DNA of 64,000 nucleotides, taken from the NCBI RefSeq assembly GCF_009914755.1, contig NC_060929.1. One strand, written 5' to 3'. The translations under genes were made by a program, and so were the position numbers. Position 1 is the first letter of the stretch, and each line of letters opens with the position of its first letter. Positions 51,396-64,000 of this stretch are shown here, piece by piece. Source of the DNA: the human T2T-CHM13v2.0 reference genome, Homo sapiens. The notes beneath the pieces are model-generated. The model had not been told where the DNA came from. It ran no database searches and saw only the letters and a list, made by a program, of their open reading frames with translations.

Positions 51396-54300
51396 AATAG
51401 GTGGCTCTAGATATCATGATATCACTAGACTGGTATTAGCCATGCTTAGGAGACCCTGTTTCCCCAAAAATGGCTCTATAAGAAATGGTTTGATTCAAGT
51501 ACTTCTTGAAAAGGATTTTCTTAACATGATGACATTTTTATTCTGCATATTTAAAATGGTTATGTTGATATCTGTTTTCTCTTATATGGTATTGCTGTAT
51601 GTTGCTAAAAAAAAACAGTGAAAGCATATGGAGCAGTGTTTTGATTACTGGGAGTGAATTTTTTTTATAATCTTATTTTTAAAAATTCTCAGAATGCAAT
51701 TTCAAAAAGAATTCTTCGTATAGCAGTTCTGAAATTTATTAGCTATTTTCAGAGCTGGTCTAAGGAGCTAAGGCATCTAGATCATATTTTCAAAATGTTG
51801 CTCTTTGTGCCAAATAGATAGGAAGCTTGGCCTCTTGAAGAGTGTTCAAAGCTGTGCAGATTTTATACAGGTCTACTTTCTTGACTGTTCTTCTTGGTGC
51901 ACGGGGTTCCACTCACGTGTGTTATGGTTTGGACCTGTTTGCTTTAGTCTCAGCCAGAATACTGGTATTGGGGTATTGAATGCTGTACCTAATGCTTTTG
52001 AAATGTACACTGTATATATTTTTGTAATATATATAAATGAATGAAATGTTATCTTCCCTTTTTTGAAGGAAAGTTTACATTTAGTTTGTAAATTTCTTTA
52101 AAGAGGTATCTAAGTGTTTTAAGTGAGAATAATATCAGGAGATTTGAGGTCAAAGAATGGCAGTCATGTCCCTTTCATTTATCTTTTTCTTCTTGGAAAA
52201 ATCAAACACATCAAACAAAAGGAAGTACATCATCTCCTTTCTTCTTTTGATAATTCCTGTTTCTAAGCAATAAGAGGAGAAACAGGCACTGTTCTGGTGA
52301 GTGTATAGATGATACTCTTTAAAAGTGTTTACATTAATTTTTAGTTATATAAAAGAATATCCATATAAAAACCAGAAACATTATTAATAAGGTTTTGTGG
52401 TGCTTGCTATAAAAATCTAAAAAGTACATGTTCTTTGACTCAGCATTTTTACTTCTGGAATTTCCTGCAGAAATATTCATGTGTGCCTATGTGTACTCTT
52501 GCATGTTTTCATTGTAGAAAGAAGTAATCACTCACTCTTACATTTGTAAATACGCGGAAAAAGGAAGGATATACCAAAATATTAATAGGGGTTTCCTCAA
52601 GATATGTCCGGCATTGGTAGGGGATGAAGAATGATTTTGCCATTTATAGTACATCAATATGAATTATTTGGACTGGAGAGCTTTCAGTTTGCATGCATTG
52701 CTTTTATCGGTTTCAAAACAATAACAAGGAAAAACAATCACTTGAGCAGGTTATTGAGGTAAGAAAAAGATAGAAAGTATCTTCTGGAAGGGAAAGGTGG
52801 TTATAAAAAATGTTCATGGACTCTAAGACCTCTTTGAGATATCTCTGTGTATGGTTAAAGAAATTAGCAAGTAGGATGGTGCCCCAGGCTTAGAGCCTAG
52901 TGAAATAATTTTTGTTTCTAGGAGTGTGTCACTGACTCAGACACCCTATAGCATAGGAGCTGACTGTGGGCAATATCTGGATGTATCTTGGTGTTAAGTC
53001 ACATTCTCAGCTTTTTGGAACCTTTGCTTTTCTTTCTCTCCATGAGAATTACATTGTACCCTACCTTTACCATATCCCTCCTATCATGAAAAATATGTTT
53101 GATAAACTAATTCAGTCTGTAATAGAGAAAAATAAAGGTGTTTTAAGAGAAGACAGCAAAAAAGAGCAATATTAAACTTGGCGGAATGAGTCTAACAATA
53201 GAATTTCATGCCTTTGACATCTCAGCTAAAGGTTTGGGGAGTTGGAATTTTTTTTAACAGGCATGCTGCTGATGTATAAATGAACTCTATATATAGGAAA
53301 GCTAATGAAGCAATTAATTTTTTGAGTTTCTTAAATGAAATACAGGTATTAGGATACGGTGTTTCTCAAAAAGAATTCTTTCTATACCATTTGTCAGATT
53401 TACCACCTGTTTTCAAAGCTGGTCTAAGGAGCCAAGGGCATTTAGGTTATATTTTGAAAGTATTGGTATTTATGCTCCAAATTTAGGTTTGGCCTCTCAG
53501 AGAGTATTCAGACCTATGCAGATTCTATAAGGGTTACAGGCTTTTGAACGTGCTTATCCTGGTGCACCAGGTTCTCCTATACATGTGTTGTGATTTGGAC
53601 CTATTTGCTTTAGTTTTAGCCAAAATTTACAATTTCATTCTGTACCCAATGCTTTAAAAATGTACTGTGTACATTTTTAAAGAATTATTGTTACCTTTGT
53701 CTGATGTCATCTAGTTGGATCCACGTAAATTTCAGCAATATAGAAGCATCTATAAACGTTGCCAAATCTTTCATGTTTTATAAATACATTGGTGCTATTG
53801 TTACTGGTTGGATTGTGAGGGAATTAGATATTGAAGACCTTAGGTGTCATTTGAAAAATTGTATTGTTCCTGGTACTTTTTAAGAAGCTCAATTTCAAAA
53901 GCATTGTTCAATTACAAGTTGACGTTTCTATTCTTGTTTCATTTTCTGTTTTAGCTTCTTCTCTCCACATTTTGCTGCTTCTGTAATTATAAAATTAATA
54001 CTTTTTCTATTTTCTATTTACAGTCTATTTTTGCTTTAATTTATATATGCAAGGCATTAATGGAAGCAAGAAAGGTATCTTTGATCTCTGGGTTTTAGTG
54101 CTCTGGAATGAAGCAGTTGGCATTAGACCTGATTTCTTGACTCACAGGTTATTCTTATTGATGTAGTGGGAAGTGTGGCACCTGTTGCATGGTACCTGTA
54201 GTGGTAATTTGTGAGAGTGCTTTGTAATTGTTTATCTTGGCAGCAAGCTTTTTGGATACAAGGTTTATTTGACAATATGAAACAAAATGCTGAGTCATGC

Positions 54301-57300
54301 ATAGACTTATTAAAAATAACAAGTCTGTAAGCAGTTTTTTTCATGGTAAAACCTGAAGAATATACTGCTAAACACAGGCCATCTCTAGTTATAGTCACCA
54401 TAGCTGAGTTTCCTGATGGATGTCTTTCAGTAAGAAATTTTGCTGTGGAAAATGTTGGACATCTGTATATCAAGATAGGTTGACTTTGAGACTGTTCAGT
54501 TTTTACTGTCTTTAGTGTCTTTTTTTTTTTTTTTCCCAGAATTCTGGAGTTAGGAGGTACCCAGACTTCTTCCTCTGCAGATGGGACAGTGTCTAAAGAG
54601 CTTCTGCCCATTGTAAAAATAACCTGAGCAAGTTGATTCTGTAACTGTTCTCAGGATCTTGCTTCAATATTTAAATCTAGTCAAGAAATTCTCAGGAATG
54701 TAGTAGCATAAGAAGTTTTGTTTTCTGTCACACAGAAGAATGGGAGGTATGCTGCTTATTCAGCATTCAGCCCAACTACAAATGAAATATTTGACATTGA
54801 GGGCTGTCTTTTCTGAAATCCAGCCTCTACCTAGCTTTCTTGGTGCAGCATAGTAGATGTGTGTAGAAGGGCAATATATAAGTAAAACGAATCCTTTAGA
54901 AAAACAGAAGCCGTTTGTGAGAGTCTTGTTTCCAGCGTTCATGTTCCTACGTGAATATCGAGACCTGAAGTTGTTCTTGTACATGTGGCAGTATATTGCA
55001 GAGACCAATGAACCACCCAATGAGCTGTTAGTTTTGAGAATACACTATTTGTAGTTTGGAGCAAAAATACTGATGTTTGATAGCCAAAAAGTGCAAACAG
55101 TTTTCCAGCTCTGAGAATTGCTCATCAGAAGTTCAGCAGATAGCAGCTATATATATTTAAAGTCAGCCTTTTCATGTTCCTGCGCCTTGAGACTCTCCCG
55201 CAGGAATCTCCCTAGAATACTGACCTGTTTTGCATTGGCTTTAGTTGCTCCACTGAGTATTTGTGTTGGAGGATATTAGAAATGCTTATTCCTTCAACTT
55301 TCTGGTTAGATTCTGTTTTCCATAGTGAATGTTTTGTCTACCTCAGTAAAATATGGTAGATTTCATACACCAGACTGCCTGATTGAAATTTCCAGAGCTC
55401 TTAAACCACATCTGTATCTTCTACTTAACAACCTAGGTTAAATCATTGTCTACCAGGTTGATGTGTGAAGATCCTGTTTGGATTGTTCTCTTCCCAAGCC
55501 AATTGATTTTTTTTTTTTATGGTGTTATTGGCTGTTGGAAACTTAACTGATGAGTTACTTGTCTAACAATAGTGTCTATTTCTTATCAAATCAGATTTTG
55601 ACCTTTACACAAGTCTTCACATTTCTAATTTTGCAGGTACTTCCAGGTATTTTCTAGCTAATATATTATTTCTGCCTATTTCTCTAAACCGTTGTCTCCT
55701 TCTAGGCTTTATCTTCAACCCCCAAGGATTCTCAGAATTTCTGACAGTTTACCTTGATGCAGCAGGATTGGCTTAGTATGGGGAAAAACTTTTGATGATT
55801 CTGTTGCCCTCAGAAGCCTGTGCCTCCTCCTCATTACTGTAACTTTGTGCATTATTAACTTACTTAGCAAATTTTTTCCCTCGTAGACAAAAAAGATGAA
55901 TTTTAGCCTCACCTCTGTATGAATTATTACCCAATTTGGAATGTGTGGGGTCTGAAGTCATAGATTTAAAGAAATTTGTAATATACTAAATGAGAATGCA
56001 GTAAGCTGCGTGGTGGGACTCCAAGAGTTGTCATGGAGTGCCAGATTTGAAAGAGACCTAGACCAGAGTCTCAGAGTAGACAGACTGCTTGAGTGTCACT
56101 GCCTTGGTGACTCTCCTTGAGTGTGGTGCCCAGTCTTGGTGTGAGTGTGTGCCCTTTCCTCAATGGCCCTGGTTATTTTTTTTGCCTCACTGACCCTCCT
56201 TTCCTTCTCAGGATGAAATATCAGAGAAACAGCTACTACCTGTAGCTGCCAGTCAGGTTACGTAGGTTGGAGGCCTTGGCTATGTCCTCTTGCATTCTTT
56301 CTGGGTTACAAAATTAGTGAGAAAGGAAGGATAAATTTGTCATTCGACTCCGAGTAAATATTTGTTTGTTTAGCATAAAAATTTGTTGAGGCTTCACATG
56401 GCTCTCTAAAGTTTATTAGCTAAGAAGTCTTATATGCATATCAGAGTAGCTGGTAGTCACCTGATATTCCAGTACTATCAACAGAGAAATAAATTCCTCA
56501 AATATAATTTATTTTATATAAATAATATAAATAAAAATATTTACATTAAAAATATAATAAAGCTGATTACTTTAAATCTAAAAGGGTTCAGGGACTAGAG
56601 TATTTTGGTGAAATAAAAATGGCAAATAGTCTAAGGTTGAGAATAAATAGTGAGTAATACTATATAGATCCTTTGGCATTTGCTTTATCTCAAATATTGT
56701 AATAAATGTTTGTTTTCAGTGGGGATCATAGGAAGGACAGCGTGGTATCTGGTAACTTCACAATCTCCTAATGAAGGAAATTAGAACATGCATGTGGTGG
56801 AATAAAGTGCTGTTTTTTTTTTTTAAAGCTTTCTAATTGCTTGGATTTTAAATGAATACCCAAACTTTAAGAAATACTTCAATAGGAAGTGGTTATTTGT
56901 CTAGTGAGAAGATTCGTAAGAGTTATTTAATTTTTAAGTAAATTTTTCATCTTAAAATCAGTTGATGTCATTTTGATTAGCAATCTGAGATACTTAAAAC
57001 CGTGTTATCTACTTCCAATTAAAAAGCAAGTACAAATAGTTTCTCAGAAATGAAACTGTCACTATTTCCCTTAGTATTTTAGCTTCCCAAATTTGATCTA
57101 TCTGTAGCTTTCAGGAACCTAGCCGCCATTTGTTCTATTTCTTGTCAATGGAGATTTCCAAACTATGTAATGTAATAATCGTAAGGAACAATATTACTAT
57201 TCATTGTGAATTATTCTGCCATTTATGAAACTATTGAAAAGTACAACGTCTTGGGTATTGAAAAACAGAATGTCAAGCCTGTGGTGTATTTTATGATTAA

Positions 57301-58077
57301 GTAGTCAATTAAAATGACATCTGATGTTTTATACATTTTTAGTATTAAAAATTATGTGATATATTGGATTTAGGATTACTTTTAAACTACAAAATGATAT
57401 TCTTTAATTCATTGGGGATATGGAAGGAAGAACATTTACAAGGTTTGGGGGAACCTTCCCCTAAGACTCCTCATACTCTAAGAATAGTTTTTTAGGTCTA
57501 AATTGGATTCCTTGCAGAAATTCGTCAGCTCAATCAACTTTATTATATGTTCCTTAAAGACAAATTGAAAAGAATTGCAGGTGTCAAGAGCTAAGCACTT
57601 ACTTTAAATTAAATAATGGAAAAATTTAACTTTCAAGCCAGAAATATTTTGTGTGTTCTTATGAAACTATGTATGATGGCTTTCATTTGCTTAATGCTGA
57701 GATCTGTATTTGACTCGCTTGATATTGCATTAAGGAATAAACTTTATGTGATTGAATAGAGTGCGGAATTTAGAGAAGTATTGTTGTTGTTGTTTTCTGT
57801 TTGCTTCTCCATCTGAACTTTTTGGTAGTACATCAGACTTTAATTTAACTTGCCTTTCAGTTCTTAAAGGCAGAGAGGTATTGTCATTTCATGCCCGCTC
57901 TGAAACGTTTAGTAGACATAGTTACATGTCAGTGGTACATTGACTGTCTTTCAGGCAAGTGTTACTTCATGCTCCCTGAGCCTTCTAAAAGGACCTGGCC
58001 TGGCCCAAGTCTCTGTGCATTATATTCTTCTAATCTAAGTCTGTTTACTTTTAGGATTGTGCAGACTGGTGCTTAAA

Positions 58078-58698
58078 ATGGAAGTCGATATTAATGGAGA
58101 GTCTAGAAGTACCCTGACCACCTTGCCCTTCCCTGGGGCTGAGGCCAACTCCCCGGGAAAGGCGGAGGCAGAGAAGCCCCGCTGCTCCAGCACACCCTGC
58201 TCCCCGATGCGGAGGACCGTGTCAGGCTACCAGATCCTACACATGGACTCTAACTATTTGGTTGGCTTCACGACTGGCGAGGAACTCCTGAAGTTAGCTC
58301 AGAAGTGCACAGGAGGTGAAGAGAGCAAAGCAGAAGCCATGCCATCCTTACGCTCCAAACAGCTAGATGCAGGACTTGCCCGTTCCTCTCGTTTGTATAA
58401 AACCAGAAGTAGGTACTACCAGCCATACGAGATTCCAGCTGTCAATGGCAGGAGGCGAAGGCGGATGCCAAGCTCAGGAGACAAGTGCACTAAATCTTTA
58501 CCTTATGAACCTTACAAGGCCCTCCATGGGCCTCTGCCTCTTTGTCTTCTTAAAGGTAAGAGGGCTCACTCCAAATCTCTGGACTACCTCAATCTAGATA
58601 AAATGATCAAGGAGCCAGCTGATACAGAAGTGCTACAGTACCAGCTTCAACACCTAACCCTCCGAGGGGACCGTGTGTTTGCTAGGAATAATACATGA
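58078..58698 (+). CDS. MACIR: Macrophage immunometabolism regulator / UNC119-binding protein C5orf30, 206 aa, single coding exon
   Basis: Recognised protein MEVDINGESRSTLTTLPFPG...LRGDRVFARNNT. ATG in strong context (AAAATGG). Acceptor CTGTTTACTTTTAG|GA at 58054/58055. The track ORF starts 7 codons early at a TTG. Confidence 0.96.
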   Translation: MEVDINGESRSTLTTLPFPGAEANSPGKAEAEKPRCSSTPCSPMRRTVSGYQILHMDSNYLVGFTTGEELLKLAQKCTGGEESKAEAMPSLRSKQLDAGLARSSRLYKTRSRYYQPYEIPAVNGRRRRRMPSSGDKCTKSLPYEPYKALHGPLPLCLLKGKRAHSKSLDYLNLDKMIKEPADTEVLQYQLQHLTLRGDRVFARNNT

Positions 58699-60820
58699 AT
58701 GACTTGGAGAGAGCTTAAACCAATTTAGGTCAGCCTACGCTTGGCTAGAAAAAACCCACTGCTGTACTCTGTACATGACTCTTCACACTATAGATGGTTA
58801 TATCAGCTAAGTGTTCCTGGAACATAAAAATTGTTTGGGTCAAATTTGAATACAGGAATGAAATCACAGGTACTTGGGGGGGGGATATCATTCTAGAGCA
58901 CGCAACTGCAAAGAAAACAGAATGTTGACTGTTAGTTTGTATAGCTTTTTAGCTAGGAAAAAAAGGCTTTGGTACAGTAATTTCATCTTTATGATTCTGA
59001 CACTCAAATTGGGAATGTTACCTGCTTGGTTGTTGCTGACTTGATATGATTCATTAGAAATTTATATCTTCAGTACTCAAGTACTTCTTGAATCTCTGTA
59101 TTTTACTATAAAATGTATGTAATGATTTGTTTTATGAAATTTAGAACTTGAACATTGCTGAATTGGACCACTTTTTATTTTTAAATATTGAGTTTAAATA
59201 TTTTATAACTGGTTTTGCACTGAAAAAATTAACATTTCAGATTGACAAGAGAGTAATCTTTCTTCACTTGCCTCAATAATGTTATTGAGCAATGAATTTT
59301 TTATTTCCGCATGGAAAGTTATTGATCTCTATGGCTGTAAAATATTTCTTTATAGCGTTATTAAAGTGTGTCTTAATAAAATTAAATTTGGGATACAAAG
59401 TATTTATTTTACAATGGGTGGGCGGGGGAAACTTTTCCAGAAAGTTTCCAATATGACGTTTTCATAAGTTGAAAAAACTCTCCTTAGTGCTTATTTTCTA
59501 ACTTAAAATTCACCTGGAACTTTAAATGGGAAAGGATTCTTTTAATTGTGGATTATAGGCATAATACTGTTTGCATCTGAATTTTCTGTAAGTGAATAAT
59601 AGTTTAATAGAGGAACTCATGATTTGTACTATTGAATGATTAAACTAAGTATGAAGTGATACCATTCAGCATGGCATCAGGTCATTGCAGTTTTAGTTCT
59701 GTGTAACACAAGCACTCACTGAAATTCCAGTTTCTAGGATTAGTGTAGGAGCCTAACGTGCTTCTACTGTTTTAATGGGTTAATCCTGGATTACTTAACA
59801 ATTTATGTCAATTGCACTGGTTTAATTTGTTGCTAAAGAAATAATGCCCTGGGTTTAGTAACAAATACAGCTCAACTATTCTTGAATATATTTTGAAAAA
59901 AAAATGTATGTAACTTACCTTTTGTAAACGTTCCATTTCTTTTTTCCCTCATTTTTGACTCTTAAAGGTGCAATTTATTACTGAATTGGGATTTCTGGCA
60001 GCACAGAACTGCTTTTTATTTTGGGGTCTGTGAGTTTCTTAGGTATTAGCAATCTTGCTTATAAAATAAGAACACCTTTTAATTAATGAGTGGGTCATTC
60101 CTGGTGCAATTGTGATTTTTCTTTAGCCAGAATGAATGGCAAACTCTATTTAGAGCAAAGTAAGTATTAGAAAACCCTAGGAACTCTTAATCAACGTTTA
60201 TTACACTTTCATTAAGGCAAACTACGTGAAAGAGCCTTGGGGAAGTTGGCCCATATCTTACTAAGTTGATCAGATTTCTCGTTGGGCTGGAAATGTTTCG
60301 CTGTTGTATATTTTAAAGTAAATTGCACCTTTGTAACATATTGTATTGACGAATGATCACTAAGATTAGCTATATCTATACAGTCATTAGTTTGACAAGA
60401 AATAGAATCCTGTCAGATGCCAAAGAGTGGGATTTTTATGTTTAATGATTAAACACCATTATTTATTGACAATTTACCCTGTGGAACTGTATTATTTCTA
60501 ACTATGAAATAAAGGGGTGATGTAAACACACATTGTTGTGTGGTGCTTTAAACTAGGTCCACTATCAACAGGCTACTTACTGTTCAAGAATTCCACTGAA
60601 GCACTTATTTTAAGGCCCTATTTTTCTTAAACAAAACAGTGACAACAACAATCAAACCATTTACTTTTGATGCTCATTGGCATTTTATGATAAAAGATGT
60701 ATTCATGGCAATGATATGTATTCACCCTATTAGGAAACACAACTGGTTACCTATGAGACCTGTTCTGTCCGTGTGCCTACGTTTCTTAATAATAGCTAAA
60801 TAAAAATTTGTAGCTTTTTT
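58699..60820 (+). other. MACIR: MACIR 3' UTR (~2.1 kb, AU-rich, no recognisable repeats)
   Basis: Unique AT-rich sequence running from the stop codon to a canonical polyA signal. Confidence 0.75.
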
Positions 60821-60840
60821 TGTTTTGTTTTGTTTTTTCC
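60799..60840 (+). terminator. Polyadenylation signal with U/GU-rich downstream element
   Basis: AATAAA at 60799-60804 followed by TTTTTTTGTTTTGTTTTGTTTTTT. Confidence 0.8.
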
Positions 60841-62292
60841 TGAAAGACAGGTGAAACTCTGTGGCAAAAATAGGGGGGTTAATAGTATAAGATATGGCAT
60901 ACTTACTCTTTTTTGATTAGTAAAGATATATAATTTTAAATTTGGTTTTCTAGAAAGAAAGTTTCAAAACTCTAGGCCAGTAATTTTCACAATGTGTTTG
61001 CAGAACCCCTTTATTAGTTCAGTCTTACTTTCTCTGCACCCCATGGAATTGTAGCCTATGGTAGGTAAGAACCAATTTTTTTAAAAAAAGGGTAGGCTGG
61101 ATCTCTTTTAGTTGAAAAACAATCCCTTTTGACATGGTTTCTATTTTTTAACTTTTTCATTTTTTATTCAATTTAATATTCCACACTAAATGGGGCACAC
61201 TTGGCCAGAATATACCTGATGATATTATCTTACTGTTCTTGCCCTTAAACATTGCAGCACTATATAACTTTAATTTTTTTCTTCTTTTGCAAAAGTACCG
61301 TTTGTTTGAAGCTCAGATGATGCATAAAGTTGCAGTAAAATTTCATTCCTTGCCTCAATCTGAGGTGAGCTTCTTTTGCTCTTCTGACTTCCATTTGGTT
61401 GCATTTTACACCTCTGGGTGCAGGGCTCCCATAGTCAGTAGTCATGGAAGAAGAGGCTCTATGGGGATGGATTTAACATGTAAAAACCAGTTCAGAACCC
61501 CCAGATCTTCTGGACTCCAGCCCAGCTGGGCTATTGTTCCAGAGCCATCATGTCCTGTCCATTGCTTCTTATGCCCTATAATGCCCATCTGTGATCACTG
61601 TGTCTTTTTCCTTCCCTGGGATACTTTATTTAGGTGATTTCAATATTTGAGGTTTGAGAAGCTTTTTGAGGATTCTGAGTTAAGTTTTAGAGGCAAATAA
61701 GTCTTCCACTAAAGAAAATATTTCTTCAAATCTTAAGCAACCTATTTTTTTATTAGTTTTTTATTCTAGCATATATTTGTCTCAGAAAGGCTTTTATTCT
61801 ATTATAATCATTGAACTTTTTTAAAGGAACTTTTAAGTGACCCTGGTCTAAGTGGTTCTCATTCAGTGAACAGAGGAGGGGAGACTGTCACAGTTTATAA
61901 ATGGCATAAATGCTCTAGAAGAGTTGGGGTTGAAAGAGAGCAAGCATGTACATTACTGTAATGCAGAGAGGACAGCAAGTATTAAGTAAAATTGCCTTTT
62001 TAAACAATGTAATTTGATTAGAGAAATGGAAATTGATGAGGAAGATTGCCTTGGAAATATAATAAGTGTGATTATGAAGCTGGAAGTGGAGGCTGTCAGC
62101 ACTTAATGATGCACTTCACTTTGTAATATACATCTTTAGATAAGAATTATGAAATGGACTTCTTTGATATTTTACATTGGAAAAAAGTTAAGGATTTTTC
62201 TGGCTGAGAAGACTGGAAACAGAAGAAAAGAAGAATGAGCTTGATTTGTTATTTTGAGTTTGCTGAGCCCCCAAGGACACTTCTTTCTTTAG

Positions 62293-62674
<382 letters not shown>

Positions 62675-64000
62675 TGTGCAACGTTTTATTAAATGGTTTC
62701 AGAGAGAAAGTCTGAAACCAAGTCTGAATGTTGTCACCCCTGACCGTGGGGTTGTGCTTGATGTATAGATGTATGGGAAAGCACAGAAGGAGAAAAGGGA
62801 ACTCAGCATCTATTAGATTGGAAGAGAGTAGCTGCAGTTGGTGGAATCCTTAAGTGATCCTGGCTGGAGTCGCTTCTGGAGAGAAGAGCTTTGATGCTTT
62901 TGCTTTTGTGAAAAAGCCACCTGCACTTTGAAAGTTCCTTCTGAATGTTCTCAAGAGAGGATTCTTATGGTGATCCGGTGGAAAGAGGAGGGAACGCTGG
63001 GTTCATGATAGTGACCTTTAGCCTGATTGGCCAGGAAAACTATTCTTCACCAAACTTTCATGTAAAAGGATTACGCATTAAATATATATTTGGAAGACTT
63101 TGAATCATCTTTTGTCCCTGGCCTAATGCCTCAGTTAGGGAAAGGAACTTACACAGTAAGAAGTTTTTGAACTTAAAGAAGTTCAGGTTTTGGCTAAGGG
63201 GTTGGAGCTGGGATGGCAAATACTGAGCATGCCGACCACCGTGCTCCTCGCTTATGCATGTGGCAGACATCACTAATCTATCAGAGCACAGTCCCCCTAG
63301 AGTCCAGATGTGGATGCATTATCTTTCTTAGCACTTTAGGCAGCTGCTACTGAACTGATCAGCATTACATAAGAGTTTTGCCTATCACATCTCCACACCC
63401 CTTGCAGTGGGTTACAAGGTAAATTTAAAAAATAGTCTGAAGCTTTTGGAGTAGACCAATCTGTAGACCATTCTGGATCCTGTCCTCTAACCAGAGAACA
63501 GATGAGAATGGTCCCACACTGTGACCCATAAGGCATCTACTGAGCACATGCCAGTACTTTGGGAAGAGAAGGGCTTAAGACAGTTTTTACCTTCAAGAAC
63601 GTGCTTATTATTGGGAAAGCGGAAAGATAGCATAAGAGGCACCCCAAGCACATATTTTGTAGACTAACAATTTAAGAGAGGGGAGCTTAAATCCCATGGA
63701 GCTGAAGTCTTAAGAAAGAACAATCTTGTTTATTTTTCTCTCTGCCTGGCTGGCTGATTGGATGTGTTAACTTACATTGCTGATCTGTATAAAAGTTGAC
63801 ATGTAAAGATATATTTCTTGAAAGTACCTTCATTGGAAAGCCTGGGGAGATGACAAATACGGGAAAATCAGCATCTTAACAAAATAATTGAATCTGAGGA
63901 GCACCAGGGAATGCTAGTGATGTTCAGGTGTTAACTCCCCGTCTCCTCAGTAGGCTGCGGAGATGAACTGAAGAGAACTAGAAGAGAAGAGTTAAGGTGG

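Noticed and set aside
54123-54611. 162-codon antisense ORF in intron 2
   Set aside because: Crosses a poly-T run (poly-Lys), has no recognisable homology and no supporting promoter or splice structure.
58057-58077. Track start of a 213-aa MACIR ORF
   Set aside because: It begins at a TTG two bases after the splice acceptor. The ATG at 58078 has strong Kozak context and gives the known 206-aa protein.
58367-58597. 76-codon alternative-frame ORF nested in the MACIR CDS
   Set aside because: Downstream of several in-frame ATGs, weak context (TAGATGC), no recognisable features, length compatible with chance.

Overview
Primate (almost certainly human) genomic DNA containing one protein-coding gene, MACIR (C5orf30), on the + strand. 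It has a CpG-island promoter and first exon (~40.6-42.0 kb), a 90-nt non-coding middle exon (48063-48152), and a last exon carrying the whole 206-aa CDS (58078-58698) plus a ~2.1-kb 3' UTR. The first ~40 kb is repeat-dense intergenic DNA: a full-length old L1PA with nested Alu, MER57 and FLAM insertions, other L1s, MaLR/ERVL LTRs, DNA-transposon fossils and microsatellites. Nearly all other ORFs in the track are repeat-derived or CpG-island artefacts. I see no prokaryote-type system (CRISPR, operon, phage) and cannot claim a new biological system. The best leads are: (i) a 5'-leader in which exon 1 is open and in frame with MACIR while exon 2 adds both a single in-frame stop and a uORF; (ii) a probable GC-rich 5' transduction on the full-length L1; (iii) a twin-primed L1 with a probable 3' transduction; (iv) an old ~320-bp non-tandem duplication in intron 2. 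Repeat subfamily names come from recalled consensus sequences, not a RepeatMasker run, and exon 1/2 boundaries are inferred from splice motifs.
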